Part shown: positions 1 to 13,924 of the stretch, one piece after another
Layout: each line of letters opens with the position of its first letter
Position numbering within the stretch: the first letter of the stretch is position 1
Assembly (NCBI GenBank): GCA_003427395.1
Contig: BFEA01000001.1
Span: forward strand, 11,188,717-11,252,716
Direction of reading: 5' to 3'
DNA from: Chara braunii
Lineage: Eukaryota; Plantae; Charophyceae
DNA length: 64,000 bases
Translations under genes and position numbers: made by a program
The notes under the pieces: generated by a model
Database searches by the model: none
What the model was told of the DNA's origin: nothing
Seen by the model: only the letters and a program-made list of their open reading frames with translations

Positions 1-789
1 CAATCCACCTTCAACCATCGCCAGCATGGCTGTTTTCAGCACTAACCAAAGCTCTTCCAGGCCTCTTGCTCCCATCAGGCTAGGTTACAGAGTTGCAACA
101 CCTTGCTCCAGCTCCGGCCAGCATTGCTTCAGTCATGACCCCCGATGACCACTGAGACTGCCCCCACAAACAGCCCCCCAGATCTCTACCAGGCCTCACG
201 CCCCCACTAGGCTAGGTCACAGAGTTGCGCCGCCTGGCTCCGGCTCCGGCCAGCGTTGCTCCAGCATCGGTCTTCAAGGGCCACCGAATTTTCAGCCACC
301 CTACGCAGAATCGAGGGTGAAATGCCAGATAACACCTATTCCTACGATTCTCCTTGAGAGGCAAGCCGAATTAAAGAATGCTAAATTAGTTATGCTAGTA
401 TTCAGAGATCGCCCCTCCCTCCCCCTCCCCCTCCCCCCTCAGCCCTGTACTGCCTCCGTCGAGGTGAGTCTCCCACTCTCCCTCGGCCCCAATATAGGAC
501 CAATCCTCTACCCTACTGTTCCCCAAGGAGCACGCAGTTCCCACCTAAAGCGTGGCCCCCCAACCCTTACCCATTTCTGCCTCCGCCGGGACTGATGTTA
601 ACCCACACACCAGGCCCTGCCCCAGAATAGGGCAACCCCCTGCTCCGCCTCTACCTTCTTTGAGACATTCACCCCCCACCTTGTGATGCCCCTGCAAGAT
701 AGAGCTCCCCTCGCCCCCCATCTTCTTCCTTCCGATATGAACAACAAACACCACCGTGAGGGACGACCGTCTGATGTTGACAAACTAAT

Positions 790-1170
790 GAAGTAATGAT
801 GATTATCAATGTGAAGAAAGTGATAGTACACACTGATGATGATGATGATCGTAACGAAGGATGATGATAATGTTGTTAGTGATGATTATAGTAATGAATA
901 TAATGGGAATGATGATGATGATGATAATGATGATGATGTCGATGATGACGAATCTGAGAATGATGGTAATGATGATAGTAATGATGGTGATGATAATTAT
1001 GATGGTGCTCCTGATGCTAATGATAAGATGATGATACCGATGATGATGATGATGATGGTGATGATGACTTCTGGTGATTACGCACAGCTCCTGATGCTAA
1101 TGATAAGATGATGATACCGATGATGATGATGATGATGGTGATGCTGACTTCTGGTGATTACGCACAGCCA
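790..1170. repeat. (GAT)n-rich low complexity with an about 80-bp tandem duplication
   Basis: gctcctgatgctaatgataag...gattacgcaca occurs at about 1007 and 1087. Confidence 0.9.
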
Positions 1171-2769
1171 CCTGTGCTAACTGAAAATGACGATGGCACT
1201 AATGACCGGATGGTGATAAAAGGGGCGAACAGTGCCCATGATGTGGTTACTATGATCAGTATCGCGCAGCACCCCTAATCACGGTGTTAAAGTTTAGACT
1301 TACCCTATTAAGTAGTATTAACCACAATGAAGGCAATGATGATGATGAGCAAACCCCCGATGATGATATCTGTCATTTGTAACACTTGCTGCTGATGAAA
1401 GACCTCTCCCTGTTGCTTGGTGCTGTTGCTTGTATGGCGCGAAGATGAAAACAGTCCCACTCACCCCACTCCTTATCCCCCTCCACTCCTCCTCCCATCT
1501 CGTGGGACACACGAGTACTCTTCTCCCTCTTGCTGCTAGCCGACCTCCTCCACCAAATTGTGCAAGATGAAGAGCACAGATGATTCCTCCCGAAGCGAGG
1601 CCCAGTGAAAAGCCACACCTCGCCTCTCACGGCATGCTAGCCCGCAGCATCGCCGTGGGAGGCACAAGACAGCGAGATGGCGCTACAAGCGCTTTCAAAT
1701 GTTAGGAGATAGAGAGTTGAGATGTTCACCCATCGCCGCAGTGCCTAACACGACCCAGCAACTCACACCGTCGCCGCACTTTACCGCTCAGCACCACTTG
1801 GCATATACACGCGCCGTCACACAACACCCCTCAGCAGCACTGCCCACGCACCGCGATGCCCATCGTCGCCACACGTCACCGCGCAGCTACACTTGTCATG
1901 ACCGCACCGCGCCCTCCCACTTCTCCATCGCTCGTCGGCGGGATCGTGTGGACGGGGCGCAGCGCCCCCGGACGCGCTGCGCCCCAGCAAGGTCTGTAGG
2001 GTCCTGTCCCAGGTACAGTTTATGGGGTCCTCCTCCTTACCCCCATCTGACCTTCCTTTGTTTTCTGTTACTTCCTCACTCCCCCCCTCCTCCCTGGACT
2101 GCTCCCTTCTTTTCCCTATATTTGTTCTCTCAACCTCGTCTCAACAATGATGCTATTACATCTTTCCTCATCATTTGTCATGGATAGAGGTTGGTCACTC
2201 GATGTTCATTCATACCTGTGTCTCATCATAAGCAAACACCATAGAGAATGGGTTCTTGAAGAAAAGGACCGAAGTTCGATCACCTCTTGTGGCACTTCCT
2301 CCTCGTTTTCGCCGGTGAACTGCTGGGCGAGCATCTCTTCAATGTCGTACATGTACTCCATAGTGCAGTTCTCAGTTCTCACCAAAACTGACCATCGGCC
2401 GACATGAGATCGAGGCCCCGAGCGGGAAGATGGAGAGCTGGAGGGGATGGATATGGTGAGAGCAACTGAGAGAGGAGCGAGACGAGGAGGGGGATAGATC
2501 GTCAGGTTAACCGCAAATGATGAGGTAAGCGCGAGCGGAGGAGAGCTTAGTGGGACCAGAGGAAGATCGGCATGGATCCCGTGCATGGGCAGCGCAGCGA
2601 GAGGGCAAGACGCAGCCCTTAGTCGAACAATCCTCATACGACCTACCGCCTCGTATCCTCGCAGAGACAATTGGCAAGGCGTACGAGAGATTGCCCGAGG
2701 GTACCGGGAGAGTAAGTGAGGACTACACTTGTTGATGTCCTCAGGTAGATAGGATCACCCTGGCCGAAA

Positions 2770-3847
2770 AGACGTCATTACCAAGGTCAATCTTAACTGT
2801 GTTCAGCTTGGCTTTTGGGGGTACCCATTTCACTTGTCCTTGCAACTCCCCTTTTACTGTACCTTTGATGTACAAGGCTTGCCACATGGATTGTGGTTGA
2901 GCGTGAGCTGCCCGCATCCCCGTTTGCCATAATGGCCCACTTGCACATTATGAAAGGAGGCAGAGTAAATGTGGAGTTATATTCCGTTTCATTTTTCCTT
3001 CAGATCTCCAGCTTATATTTTGTCTGTTCTCTTGATGATGCTCATCTGTATGCATTTACTAGTAGTACAGAAGAGGAGGGACAAAGGAAAAAATAAGACG
3101 TGGAGTTCTCACGGGCTTCTAAGTACTCACCACTGGACCAGACTACTCTAGAATGGCACATGAGGCCAGTCAGTATTTGGGTTGCATAAGATTTTAAGTT
3201 GAGGAGCAGCCGGGCCTTGCCTATGGTAAATGGCCACCCCTACAGACCGGGCAGGACCAGTTCGGGTATGGACTGTGGAACCACCGCGTTCGATTCTTGC
3301 AGTTGCAGTTGCTGCATCGAATAGGGCGTAGACATGTCACAGGCTACCTGGATGGCTCCTACATGCTAGGAACACGGAGGCATGCCGACCGCAATTGTAG
3401 AGATTGCCGTTCCAGCCCCTGTCTACAGATTGGACACAACATGTCAGGGTGCTGTACATGAGTTCAGCATTGACTGCCGTCATACGTGTGAAAACAAAAA
3501 CTCGCATGGGCGATCCCTTCATAATCCTCACGGCACAAGCCATGTGAACCACATGCTATCCGAATCTGAGGTGGATCATCACAGAGCGGCATCGAGCAGG
3601 TTTCTTGGGTTTCCCCAGTATTTGTTCGCTCTCTATGGGCAAATGACAACGGGGATTGATCCAAAGCAAGGGTGTTTAGCTGCCGCAGGATTTGGTCTGC
3701 AACAGCTCGCCCTGGTGGTGATAACCGTTCAGTACAGTGTTTTGTAGATTGTTCATATGGCAGTCTATTTTCCTCCTCAGGCTGCTGTGCCTGTCATCCG
3801 TCTGGCAAGGACGAAGGAGATCCGAGTCATCCTACTGCCATTGCAGC

Positions 3848-3855
<8 letters not shown>
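2770..3855 (-). mobile_element. Second piece of the Josephin/RING family (RING repeats 3-4 plus downstream region)
   Basis: Reverse complement of about 3480-3855 aligns by eye with 63463-63840; encodes CSMPLCDDPPQIRIACGSHGLC..DMLCPIC and NWSCPVC. Its 5' end abuts the (TG)n tract at 3851. Confidence 0.7.
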
Positions 3856-3943
<88 letters not shown>

Positions 3944-4068
3944 NNNNNNNNNNNNNNNNNNNNNNNNNNNNNNNNNNNNNNNNNNNNNNNNNNNNNNNNN
4001 NNNNNNNNNNNNNNNNNNNNNNNNNNNNNNNNNNNNNNNNNNNGCGTGTGTGTGTGTGTATGTATGTG

Positions 4069-4120
<52 letters not shown>

Positions 4121-4150
4121 CTTGTGTGTGTGTGTGTGTGTGTGTGTGCG
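3851..4150. repeat. (TG)n microsatellite spanning a gap
   Basis: Direct reading. Other microsatellites: (GA)n 14620-14820, 26617-26773, 49990-50725; (CA)n 38497-38557, 39309-39386; (ATCA)n 49174-49220; (CT)n 63915-63976. Confidence 0.95.
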
Positions 4151-4363
4151 TGCTTGGATGTTTCTTTTCTGAACAAATCATTTTTTTTTAATTTCAGATG
4201 TCGCTAATCGAAATTTCTTTTTTACTCGCTATGGGCAGCTGTGTGCAATAATGCCCCTTTTTTTTTTGGGGGGGGGGCGACAAATGCTTCTCATTGACAG
4301 AATTGTAATAGATTGCGAATTTCTAACGAGTTGTGTGACGGGGCAACTGAGGGAGCTGAGCAG

Positions 4364-4802
4364 TCACTCTGCAGGTTCGCTCGTGGCCCTTGATGCCTAC
4401 TTCCGTGCACCAGAGCTATTTGCAGCCATCGTCCTTGTTGCACCAGCACTCCTGATAACAGGGTCCACTCGGAGACAACAACCTCCTCCTCCTGCATCAA
4501 CTGCAGCCTCTCCACTTGCTGGTGGGCACTCAGAGTCCACGAGTCAACTGCTTGCAAATCAAGAAGTCCACCCTATTGCTGGGACTGGTGATTGCGCCTC
4601 TGGGGGAGATGGTGCTGTTATGCAGAGCGCAAATAGGACAAGCAGAGGCCCAGTGAAGGAGTGTTTTCACATGCTGCTGGTGTGCATTACTTGTGTAATG
4701 GCGGTGTTTATGACATTATGTAAGTGGATATGCGGTTCGATCTCCCGGGCTTCTATAAGGCTCCTGCTGGTGACCTTGCGCTCAGCTTTTGGGCTCTGGC
4801 TG
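4364..4802 (+). CDS. Alpha/beta-hydrolase (plant Abhydrolase_1/6 type), internal exon with the nucleophile elbow
   Basis: Translates (G)HSAGSLVALDAYFRAPELFAAIVLVAPALL...LRSAFGLWL. CAG acceptor at 4361-4363 (weak pyrimidine tract, so start less certain), GTAAGT donor at 4803. No 5' exons recognised in the window. Confidence 0.85.
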
Positions 4803-4979
4803 GTAAGTACCTTTTTTGAGTTTTTAAACTTCTTGACATTACCTGTTTTTGTTTTTGTTTTTGTTTTTGTCTTTGATTGTTAACTTGGTTTGTTTGTTTG
4901 TTTGTTTGTTTGTTTGTTTTGCACTTCGTCCCCGGAAGGCTGGAACACAACAGGGAACAAAAGAAAAAAGGAAGCCTTA

Positions 4980-5101
4980 GGGCATCGCCACACCACTATC
5001 GAAATGTGCAAAATGAGAATGAACTCTCCGCTAGAACATGGCCAGATGCACCCGCCACATTTTTGTCTTTTTCACATTTGGAGAGTGGTGTGGCGACGCC
5101 C
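4980..5101. mobile_element. PIF/Harbinger (Tourist-like) MITE
   Basis: TTA-GGGCATCGCCACACCACT...AGTGGTGTGGCGACGCCC-TTA. Relatives at 5849-5967, 31683-31792 and 31876-31999. Confidence 0.88.
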
Positions 5102-5122
5102 TTAATGCTATGGTAGAATATT

Positions 5123-5549
5123 GGGCCTTGCTGCATTACTCTAGACTCTCAAAATATTTCGAGAGTTCAACTAGCGTTGTCAGAGGCGAGACTCTCGAAA
5201 TACCCCCGCCGTCGCTGCACTTACTGTAGAACCTGCTACGCTAGATGCACTCTCGAAACCCCGGGCGTTGTCGGACTCGACAGAAGACCTGTACGGTTGT
5301 ACCACTACACTACGGGACAACGCCAGGCTGGTCTGGCCGCCGGGACAGGAGGTCCACTCTCGAAAAATGAGACGGTCAGCGGGCAACTCGTGAGCACACT
5401 TGTGACTCCGTGTTTTGCAGGCGGGCGACGCTCGACGTTTCGAGAGTGGCATTATAGCGTGCCTTCTGACAGCTCTCGATCGGGTTTCAAGAATTTCCTG
5501 ATTGAGAGTAAGTGCAGCGACGACCCACTAGAGTAGCGCAGCGAGGCCC
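5123..5549. mobile_element. Longer non-autonomous Harbinger-type element
   Basis: TIRs GGGCCTTGCTGCATTACTCTAG / CTAGAGTAGCGCAGCGAGGCCC, plus internal inverted cgtcgctgcacttact. Confidence 0.75.
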
Positions 5550-6070
5550 ATAATTTGTAAGTTGTCTCATGTGTCTCACTCTTTATAAAGGAAAACGTGG
5601 GTCTCGCGTGATAGCTGCTGTCCCGCAAGACCCTTTTCCCTGTTGGGCCTGGGGCGGCTGTGTGGGGCGGGGTTCCTGGTGGGGCTGTTGCATCTGTTGT
5701 TTTCGGCGCATGTTTGAATACAAGTACATAGCGCAGGGACCCGCAGAGTGTCGTTTTCTACAGGCAGCGGGCCTCGTGACATGCACAAAAGACAAAAAAA
5801 TATCGCGGTGTATCTTTCGGTCTCCTAGCGGACTTCATTCTAACTTTGGACCTCGTGGCACTACTCTCCAAATGTGCAATGAGACTGAATACACCACTAG
5901 AACATGCAAAGATACATTGTCATCTTTTTTGTGTTTTGTGCATGTGGAGAGTAGTGCAGTGAGGTCCTTTACCCCGTTTGCCCCGTCCTTGCTGCACTGC
6001 TCACGACGTGCACGAAAGACAAACGGGTGGATTTGTTGTTGTTGTTGTTGTTTTCTTCGAAAAAGTACGC

Positions 6071-7640
6071 TTTTTTTTTTGTTTTTTTTGGAAAGTCTGT
6101 CAATATCATTTCAAAACAATAGAGCAAGGCCGGGGACCTCACAATCCGACCCGGAGTTATCCTGGCAGCGTCAGCCAGTTTAGCTTACGAGCAGGGCTCA
6201 TTAACCAACCAACTGTATGCAAAATGCCCTCCTGCTGCTGGAAACCAGGTCCATCGTCCCTATATGGAAAGCTCTTTCCGAAAGAAAAAGAAAAAAAAAA
6301 ACGAAGACACGAATATAGCTTTGAAGCACAAGGTAAAATGGTACGCTATATTTCTTCTCTCAAATCTTTTTTTTTTTTGGAAGAATTCAACGTTTCATTA
6401 AACATATGGAAAACGAGGCCTGGAATCCTCACAAACAACCCGGAGAGGACTGGGGCCATTACCCAGCTTAGGCTATGCTGGAAACCGGGTCTAGTGTCCC
6501 TCCACTTCCATCTAAAAGAACTCTTCCAAATAAACCTTGAAGCTCTTCAAAAGAAAAGGGGACCTATACCGTCCGGCTAAACCTGTGTAATTTCAGCACA
6601 AAACCGACCCTTGGTTAGGCTGGAGCTGGAAACCATATCCAGCGTCCTTATCCTGAGCTTGAAAAAACTTTCCAACTGTAATTCAAGAAGCTCTTCAAAT
6701 CCACCCAAGATCTCACTTTTATTCCAACTCTGAAACGACGAGCCTCACTAGCCTACAATTGATTAAGAGAGAACCACCTATTATCGATGGGAAGGAGCCT
6801 AATCCGGCAACCTTTTCACAAAGGGTCTGACTACCACAGGCCGAGACCCTCCGGGAGGTTTTAGCAAGCAGGACAACACAAGTTTTCTTTCCTGCGTAAC
6901 TACCGCCAGCTGTCTATCTATTGCCCATGTCTTCACAAACCAGGTAAACCCTTTCTTCCTGCTCTTGGGGCACGCTTGCCAACTGGCCAGGATCGTACTT
7001 CTAATATTCTCTATGACTTGATGTTGCTGTTCTTGAACTGGTATTTTTGTGCTCTTGAAAATCTCTGAGTTCCTTGCCCTCCAAATTTCTTGGACGAGAA
7101 CTCCTTTGCAGGCCAATGCGACGCAACCCCGACCTTCTTTATATGATCCATTATGGATTGGAGGGATCCCATACAGAGACCAGTCGTCCATCCACAGCCA
7201 TGCCGGCCCAGTAATTAAATTCCAATGATGAAGCCACCATATCCATAGCTCGTCCGCCAGTGGGCAATCGAGCCAGCGATGGGTATTTGACTCCCAGCCC
7301 CAGTCACACCTTCCGCACGTGATTGAAATGTCCATTCACCATGTGTAATGACAACCACAGAGCTGAGGCTACAACTAACAAGGACTGTAGCCACAGCAAA
7401 GTAGCATCTCTCTGAGAGGGTATTAAACTCAGAGCCTGCCAGAATGCTGTCCAATCAGGTTTGGTCAGCATACCATTTTTGAGTTTTCCCAGTCTTGTGT
7501 TGGCCAAAATAGAATGGGTATTCAAGACCTTGGATTGTAGCAATGTAGTCCCAGTTTTAGTTTCGTACAGTACCAGAGGGGGTTGTTCCTGTCCTTCTAG
7601 AGTCCAGCTCCTGGATTCTGGTTCCACCCAAAGGAGTGAC
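6071..7640 (-). mobile_element. LINE ORF2 C-terminus and two successive 3' UTR/poly(A) tails
   Basis: DWTAFWQAL..ESNTHRWLDCPLADELW..EIWRARN (zf-RVT-like). Poly(T) on plus at 6367-6378 and 6071-6089; GGGACnCTGGACCCGGTTTCCAGCA-like motif repeated. Confidence 0.8.
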
Positions 7641-9899
7641 TGCGATGTACAACAAAAACAACAAAAATGCTGTAACAACTGTATGAAAATTAAGTACAAT
7701 CTCTTTCCAAACTAATTTGAAGAAAAGTCTCATTATACGATACGAGAGTAATTGACTATTTGAGTAATTAAATGACAAACAAGATATATAAACTCTAAAG
7801 AATCATCATTCACAGGGATGGGATAATGAATTCTTTGTTGTAATTTGCTTGGAATATCTGAATCTATCAAANNNNNNNNNNNNNNNNNNNNNNNNNNNNN
7901 NNNNNNNNNNNNNNNNNNNNNNNNNNNNNNNNNNNNNNNNNNNNNNNNNNNNNNNNNNNNNNNNNNNNNNNNNNNNNNNNNNNNNNNNNNNNNNNNNNNN
8001 NNNNNNNNNNNNNNNNNNNNNNNNNNNNNNNNNNNNNNNNNNNNNNNNNNNNNNNNNNNNNNNNNNNNNNNNNNNNNNNNNNNNNNNNNNNNNNNNNNNN
8101 NNNNNNNNNNNNNNNNNNNNNNNNNNNNNNNNNNNNNNNNNNNNNNNNNNNNNNNNNNNNNNNNNNNNNNNNNNNNNNNNNNNNNNNNNNNNNNNNNNNN
8201 NNNNNNNNNNNNNNNNNNNNNNNNNNNNNNNNNNNNNNNNNNNNNNNNNNNNNNNNNNNNNNNNNNNNNNNNNNNNNNNNNNNNNNNNNNNNNNNNNNNN
8301 NNNNNNNNNNNNNNNNNNNNNNNNNNNNNNNNNNNNNNNNNNNNNNNNNNNNNNNNNNNNNNNNNNNNNNNNNNNNNNNNNNNNNNNNNNNNNNNNNNNN
8401 NNNNNNNNNNNNNNNNNNNNNNNNNNNNNNNNNNNNNNNNNNNNNNNNNNNNNNNNNNNNNNNNNNNNNNNNNNNNNNNNNNNNNNNNNNNNNNNNNNNN
8501 NNNNNNNNNNNNNNNNNNNNNNNNNNNNNNNNNNNNNNNNNNNNNNNNNNNNNNNNNNNNNNNNNNNNNNNNNNNNNNNNNNNNNNNNNNNNNNNNNNNN
8601 NNNNNNNNNNNNNNNNNNNNNNNNNNNNNNNNNNNNGTGCAAGGAATATGAGAGTGAGCGATATACATAAAACCAAGTTGCGAAATCACACAGCTGAGCA
8701 AGTAGTAGTATCCCAAGTAGAGAGTACAAATGCACCGAGAAAACCATCCATAAAGAGCAATACAATGAAGTATTGAGCCAATGTCCAAGCCCGTAGGCCA
8801 CACCAACACAGTATCCAGAGTCGCTCTCTCTGTCTGGCGCACAGCGCCCAGCCTACTCTACCACACTATCCTACTCTACAGCTGGTTCACACAACAGGAT
8901 CACTTCGGCTCACGAAGACCAATGTACATGACTGTCAACACCATCGGCGACCTCTCCTCATGTATCAGGTACGTATCTCGTCACCCTCAATCAGACCTTG
9001 ATTACCCCACACAGCGGCTCACTCCCTGAAGACCAGCCCTGATCATCCGCTGTACCCCCTGGCGCCTAGCAGCCCGGCTATGGCCGCGTGCGCCCCGCTG
9101 CCCTGCAGCGCCCTCTCACCACCTAGAGCTCCGTCAGCGCCCCTGGCATTAGCGCAGCATCAAGCAGAAGCGCAGCAGCACTTCCGCATTGCCAGCGCTG
9201 GCCAGTCTGTGTGGCCTCGGCTGCCTCACTTCCTTTATGGAAGTGTCAGCCTGCTTGATGCTGCGTGTGGCCTGGCTGGAAGCTTCCAGTAGCTTCCGGT
9301 TGGGCCTCAGACCCTGTGCCCAGGCCCGAGACGTACAGTTGAGGGCCTGGGCCCTTTTGGGCACGGCCTGAGTCTTCCAGACTTGGGCTGTTTGCGGCAT
9401 CTGTGCAGGATCCCCGGGCAGGTGCATTCGCACTACTGCTTTTGCAAAGGCCGAAGGCCTGCTTCCCAATGTATCGGCCCTGCTTTGTGTACGTGTGCCC
9501 AGGCGCAACTGTCAAGGCCTGGGCCAACTGTATGCCGCAGCATTGTGAGGCTCACTCGTCTTCCCAACCAACTGGCGTGCTGCGAGAGCCTGAATAACCC
9601 ATATGGAAATGTCGAATTCTGCCTTTGACGAATATTCAGGCCCGCCTTCACTTAGGGCGGGCACTTGGCTTGCTGGGTCCTTAGCCCAGAACAATGTGAT
9701 GTCTGATAGGGCCACTTGAGGGCTCGTTCCTCACAGGAGCGTCACCTGCTGGAAAACGGGTCCAGCGTCCCTTGAAAGCAAAACATCTTGAGAAGGTGAA
9801 AAACAGTGTGAGGTCTGCCAGCATTGATTACCCTGCACAACAGGGGATTGACTGAGCAGACCCTATGAGAATAGTGGCTATGGAGTCTATGGAGTCTGC

Positions 9900-12800
9900 C
9901 AGCATTGATTGCCGTAATGCTCTCTCGCTATTTTCACAAGCAACAGTTAAATCATCTGCAATACCTCCCCCTTTCCACTGCAAAGAGGGGGAGAGCTAGA
10001 GGCCGGAGATCTTGGGGTTAAATCTAATATTGTCCAACAGTGTTTCTAGTTGAAGGACGAAGAGGAGTGGAGCCAAGGGACAGCCTTGGCGTAGGGAGCG
10101 TGTAAGCATGAGTTCTTCAGATAATCTCCATTTACCAATATGGACGACATGGCTCAAGAATACATGGCTCTGACCCAAGTGCGAAAGCCCCTTCCAAAGC
10201 CCATCCGGACTAATGTGGTTGATACAAAGGCCCAACCCACCTTCTCGTATGCTTTCTCCATATCCAAAAGCAGCACGGCTACCTCCCTCTTTTCTTTCCC
10301 AATTATCTCCAGGGCTTGTACCGTAGTTAGGATATTCTCAAAGATGGACTGGCCCTTGACGAAGGCACCTTGTTCCCACCCTACTAAGTCCAGAAGGACA
10401 TCTGCCAAGCGGATGGCCCAGAGCCTTTGCCAGAATTTTATAGGCTACATTTTAAACTCAAATTGGCCTATGATTTCTGACCTTTTTTTTGTCTTTTTTA
10501 TAAAATAAAGAAATTACCCCTTTGACAAAACCCTTAGGTAGGGAGCCGGAGGTAAGGGCTTGATTATAGATTTGACAAAAAAACGGAGAGGAGTTCCACA
10601 CGCTTAGGAAGAGCTCCACTGGTAGACCACCAGGGCCAGGGCATTTGCCCAAGGCCATATTCTTGACTTCTCGGCGCAGTTCTACTTCCGTTAGGGGGGT
10701 GTCCAATTTCTCTTTGATAGTTCCTTGAATTTGCACCCTCAATCTGTCCCAAAACGCAGAAATTTCTGAGCGGTCCGAGTCGAAATGGTCAAAGATGCGG
10801 CGAGTGGACACTATATCCCTAAAGTTTTTTAACGCGTAGTGACACAAATCAACCGTATCTGTGGCTGGTGGTGCATCCAAAGCGAAGGGGTGAAACAATT
10901 CCCGCAATAGAGGTTTCGTCTGACGCAGGATCAGTGAACGAAATGTCAGCTTCGTCATTCTATCATACCCTACTATACCTCTGAGTTTGAGCCAGTCAAG
11001 CCAATCCGACTATCTTTGAACTTCCATTGATTCCAACTGTGAGAGTGCTTTTTTCCTTCTTTCGGTCCAGTAGTAGTCCGTGAACGGGTCCGTCCCCATT
11101 TCCGCTTCGGCCTTCTCCACGAGTCTGTGAAGCTTAAGTTCCTTCCATGATCTGTTAGCCGCCTTCATTCTCGAAAATTCTATCAAGGTGGCTCTGATTA
11201 TGTTTATACCCACATCTGCCCATATTTCATCATTGTCAAATAGATCATTCGCCTTAGACCACTCTTCCATTTGATTTGTGATCCACAATGGTATGCCCTT
11301 ATCCTTCATATTATTTATATTTAATTTAAAGGGGGGCCTTTCCCGTGCCACCACATCTCTGGAAACCACATCAAAATAGATGGGATAGTGGTCCGACACT
11401 GAGGAAACCATTAGTTCCGATGCACAGCATCTGTCCCACAAAACCCCTCGTGAAACGATAAAATCCAGTCTTCTGCGTGGTATGGGGGCTTGAGGATTAG
11501 GCTTAGGTCCGTGCCAAAGAAGGATAAAGGAGTCATGAATCTTTTTTTTTTTTTTTTTTTTTTTGGATAGGACATGCTCCAATCTATTCGTGGGACCGTG
11601 CACCGGGCCCAGCGTCCCATTTGAGAAACAATTTGAGAAAAATTATGCAGAATACTTTGAGATACCGGGGCCATTACCCGGCTTCGGCTGAAAAGATGAT
11701 AACTACGCAAGCTACAGAAAAAGTTGAATCCGTTCTGAGTGGAGAGCAAACCGGGAAGTCATGTCCCGGGTTCAATATGGTGTTCCAGCCCCCGAGGATG
11801 GCAAGATTTTCCGTATCCGGTATGAATGCCGGAAGGGATCCAAAAAAGTCAGTCCTCGCTATATAGTCAGTTGGGGCAAAGAGAAACATGATTGCCCAGT
11901 CCTCCTCTTGGACAGCCAGTTTTACCCAGACCATCCGCCCTGCTGGATCTATATAGTGATCTAGAACAAGACAGTCCAAGTCAGGATGAATCAAAATAGC
12001 TGTTCCACCCTTAGATCCATCGGCCGGTGCCCAGAATTGTGGGCCTCTCCACCAATCCACTGCGTCGTGCATCTTGCCGGGGTTCAGCTTCGTTTCTTGT
12101 AAGAGATTCTGAGTGAATCCATGCCAACAAGCGTTGTCTTTTATAGCGGTGTGAGGTATCACCCGACCCTTTTACGTTCCAACTGGCTATGCGAATTTTA
12201 TTGGGCAGCACCATTAAAGGACGCTTCACTGTCGGGCCCTTGGATACGGCTCAATACTTCCAGAGGGGGGTTCTTGATAAAATTATCTAAGATCACTTTT
12301 TGAGTCGCTGGTGGAAGTTATGGGACACTCACCATTGAACGAAGTTGGTGACCTGATACTATTGAAATCGCATCGTTATTGACCAACCAATCGTAGATAA
12401 TCCTGACCGAGTGCTCACCCATGATATGGATAGAGGCCAATGCATCGTATTTAGGTGTGGCAAAATCCAGAAAAGGATACCATCACACCTTTCCAAAGCA
12501 CCATGACTCAAAATCACTTGTGACAGATGCAACGCCCATGAAGGCAATGTGAAGTACTGCCTTATAATTATCCAACACCAAAATCACATGTCTTCTCATT
12601 TTTGGGTCAGGAACAATGACACAGCTGCCTGTGTTGTTCAAAATGTGCTTGTTGGTTAGGTTCAGAGTCTGATCCTCCATCGGGGCCTTCGGTGTTGCTA
12701 TCACTGGGATACTGAGATGATCTTCCTCTGATTGCTGTAATAGCACCAACAGTCCCTGTGGGGAGTCGGAACAAATTAAGGGGACCAGATATTCCTTAAC

Positions 12801-13470
12801 TAGTCCCGATGTCTTGTCCGTTCTACTTAGCGTGGTCCCGATGTCTTGTCCGTTCTACCCAGCGTGGTCATTGGGGCCGAGAGGAGGAGCGAATTCTTGG
12901 CTGCCCGACACTCTCTTTTCCTCAGCTTTTTCTGCGAGGGACTTATTTCGAGAGGGGGAACCAAATTCTTTCTCAATCTTTTATCATCCATGGTCGTGAC
13001 ACCCCGTTTCTTGGTCTTAGTACCAATTTCAAGGAGTACTGTGGAGGTTTCCCCTGGGGTCTGTTCATTCATGGTTATGGCCACCACGTCCTCCTCTAGA
13101 CAGGCTTTTTTGCAGGGGGCTGACATCTCCGACCGATTTCGTTGTGAAATCTTATCGAAGGTGATGCAGCCCTCCCGGAACAGGCCGGAAATAGAGAAGT
13201 CCAAGTCTTCCTCGAGTAGTCCATCCCCTTGTGTGTGGGTGCCCTCTTCTGAAGAATTTTCCTCTACGATAGAGGCACTTTTGGATTTTCTCCCGAGTTC
13301 AGGCTCTTCATCTGAGGACATGTCTTCATCAGAGGGGTCTGGAATTTCTGTAGGGACAGGCTTCCCTTGTGGCAGGGGGATTACTGTACCCTTGGATACA
13401 TCGGAGAGAGCAGTTTTCGGACCAGATTTCATCTTCTTCAATTTTATCTTTTTCTTCTTCTCTCAATTCT
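9900..13470 (-). mobile_element. Degenerate L1/Tx1-like LINE: ORF1 remnant plus ORF2 APE endonuclease and RT
   Basis: IASWNVKG, LQETKL, GGTAILI, RLDFI, SDHYPI (APE); [43 protein letters not shown] (RT). Multiple frameshifts. Lies in the 10.9-kb hydrolase intron. Confidence 0.93.
11542..11724 (-). mobile_element. 5'-truncated poly(A)-tailed retroposon inserted in the LINE endonuclease region
   Basis: Poly(T) at 11542-11562; body matches the 3' ends at 26370-26515 and 44530-44665; TGAATC duplicated at 11536-11541 and 11725-11730. Confidence 0.85.
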
Positions 13471-13623
13471 TGGTTCAAAGTTTAGGGAAAGATTCGTTGG
13501 TTTTTCTTATCACTAGATTCGTTTGTTTGTTTTTTTGTCTTTTCCTAAGAGCATCATCCCGTGCACAAAAGACAAAAATATGGTGGTGTATCTTTCGAAC
13601 TTCTGGCGGAAAATTCATTCTAA

Positions 13624-13924
13624 GGGCATCGCCGCACCACTCTCGACATGTGCGAAATGAGAATGAACTTCCCGCCGGCCACGTTTTTGTGTTTTTCACA
13701 CTTCGCGAGTGGTATGGCGATGCCCTAACGCTGAGCCGTTTGGTGTGGCTTCGCAGCTTTGGCGGTGCATCTTTCAAATTTCTGGTGGAAGAGTCATTCT
13801 AAGAGCATCACCATGCCACTCTCGAAATGTGCAACATGAGAGTGAACTTCCCGCTGGAACACGGCCAGATGCACCCGCCACGTTTTTGTCTTTTTCACAT
13901 TTCGAGAGTGGTGTGGCGAGGCCC
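13624..13924. mobile_element. Two Tourist-like MITEs (13624-13725, 13803-13924), each flanked by TAA
   Basis: TAA-GGGCATCGCC...GGCGATGCCC-TAA and TAA-GAGCATCACC...GGCGAGGCCC-TAA. Confidence 0.85.

Noticed and set aside
7733-8842. Long ORFs across N gaps (also at 30690, 37062, 49455, 51550)
   Set aside because: Their length comes from X runs, not coding sequence.
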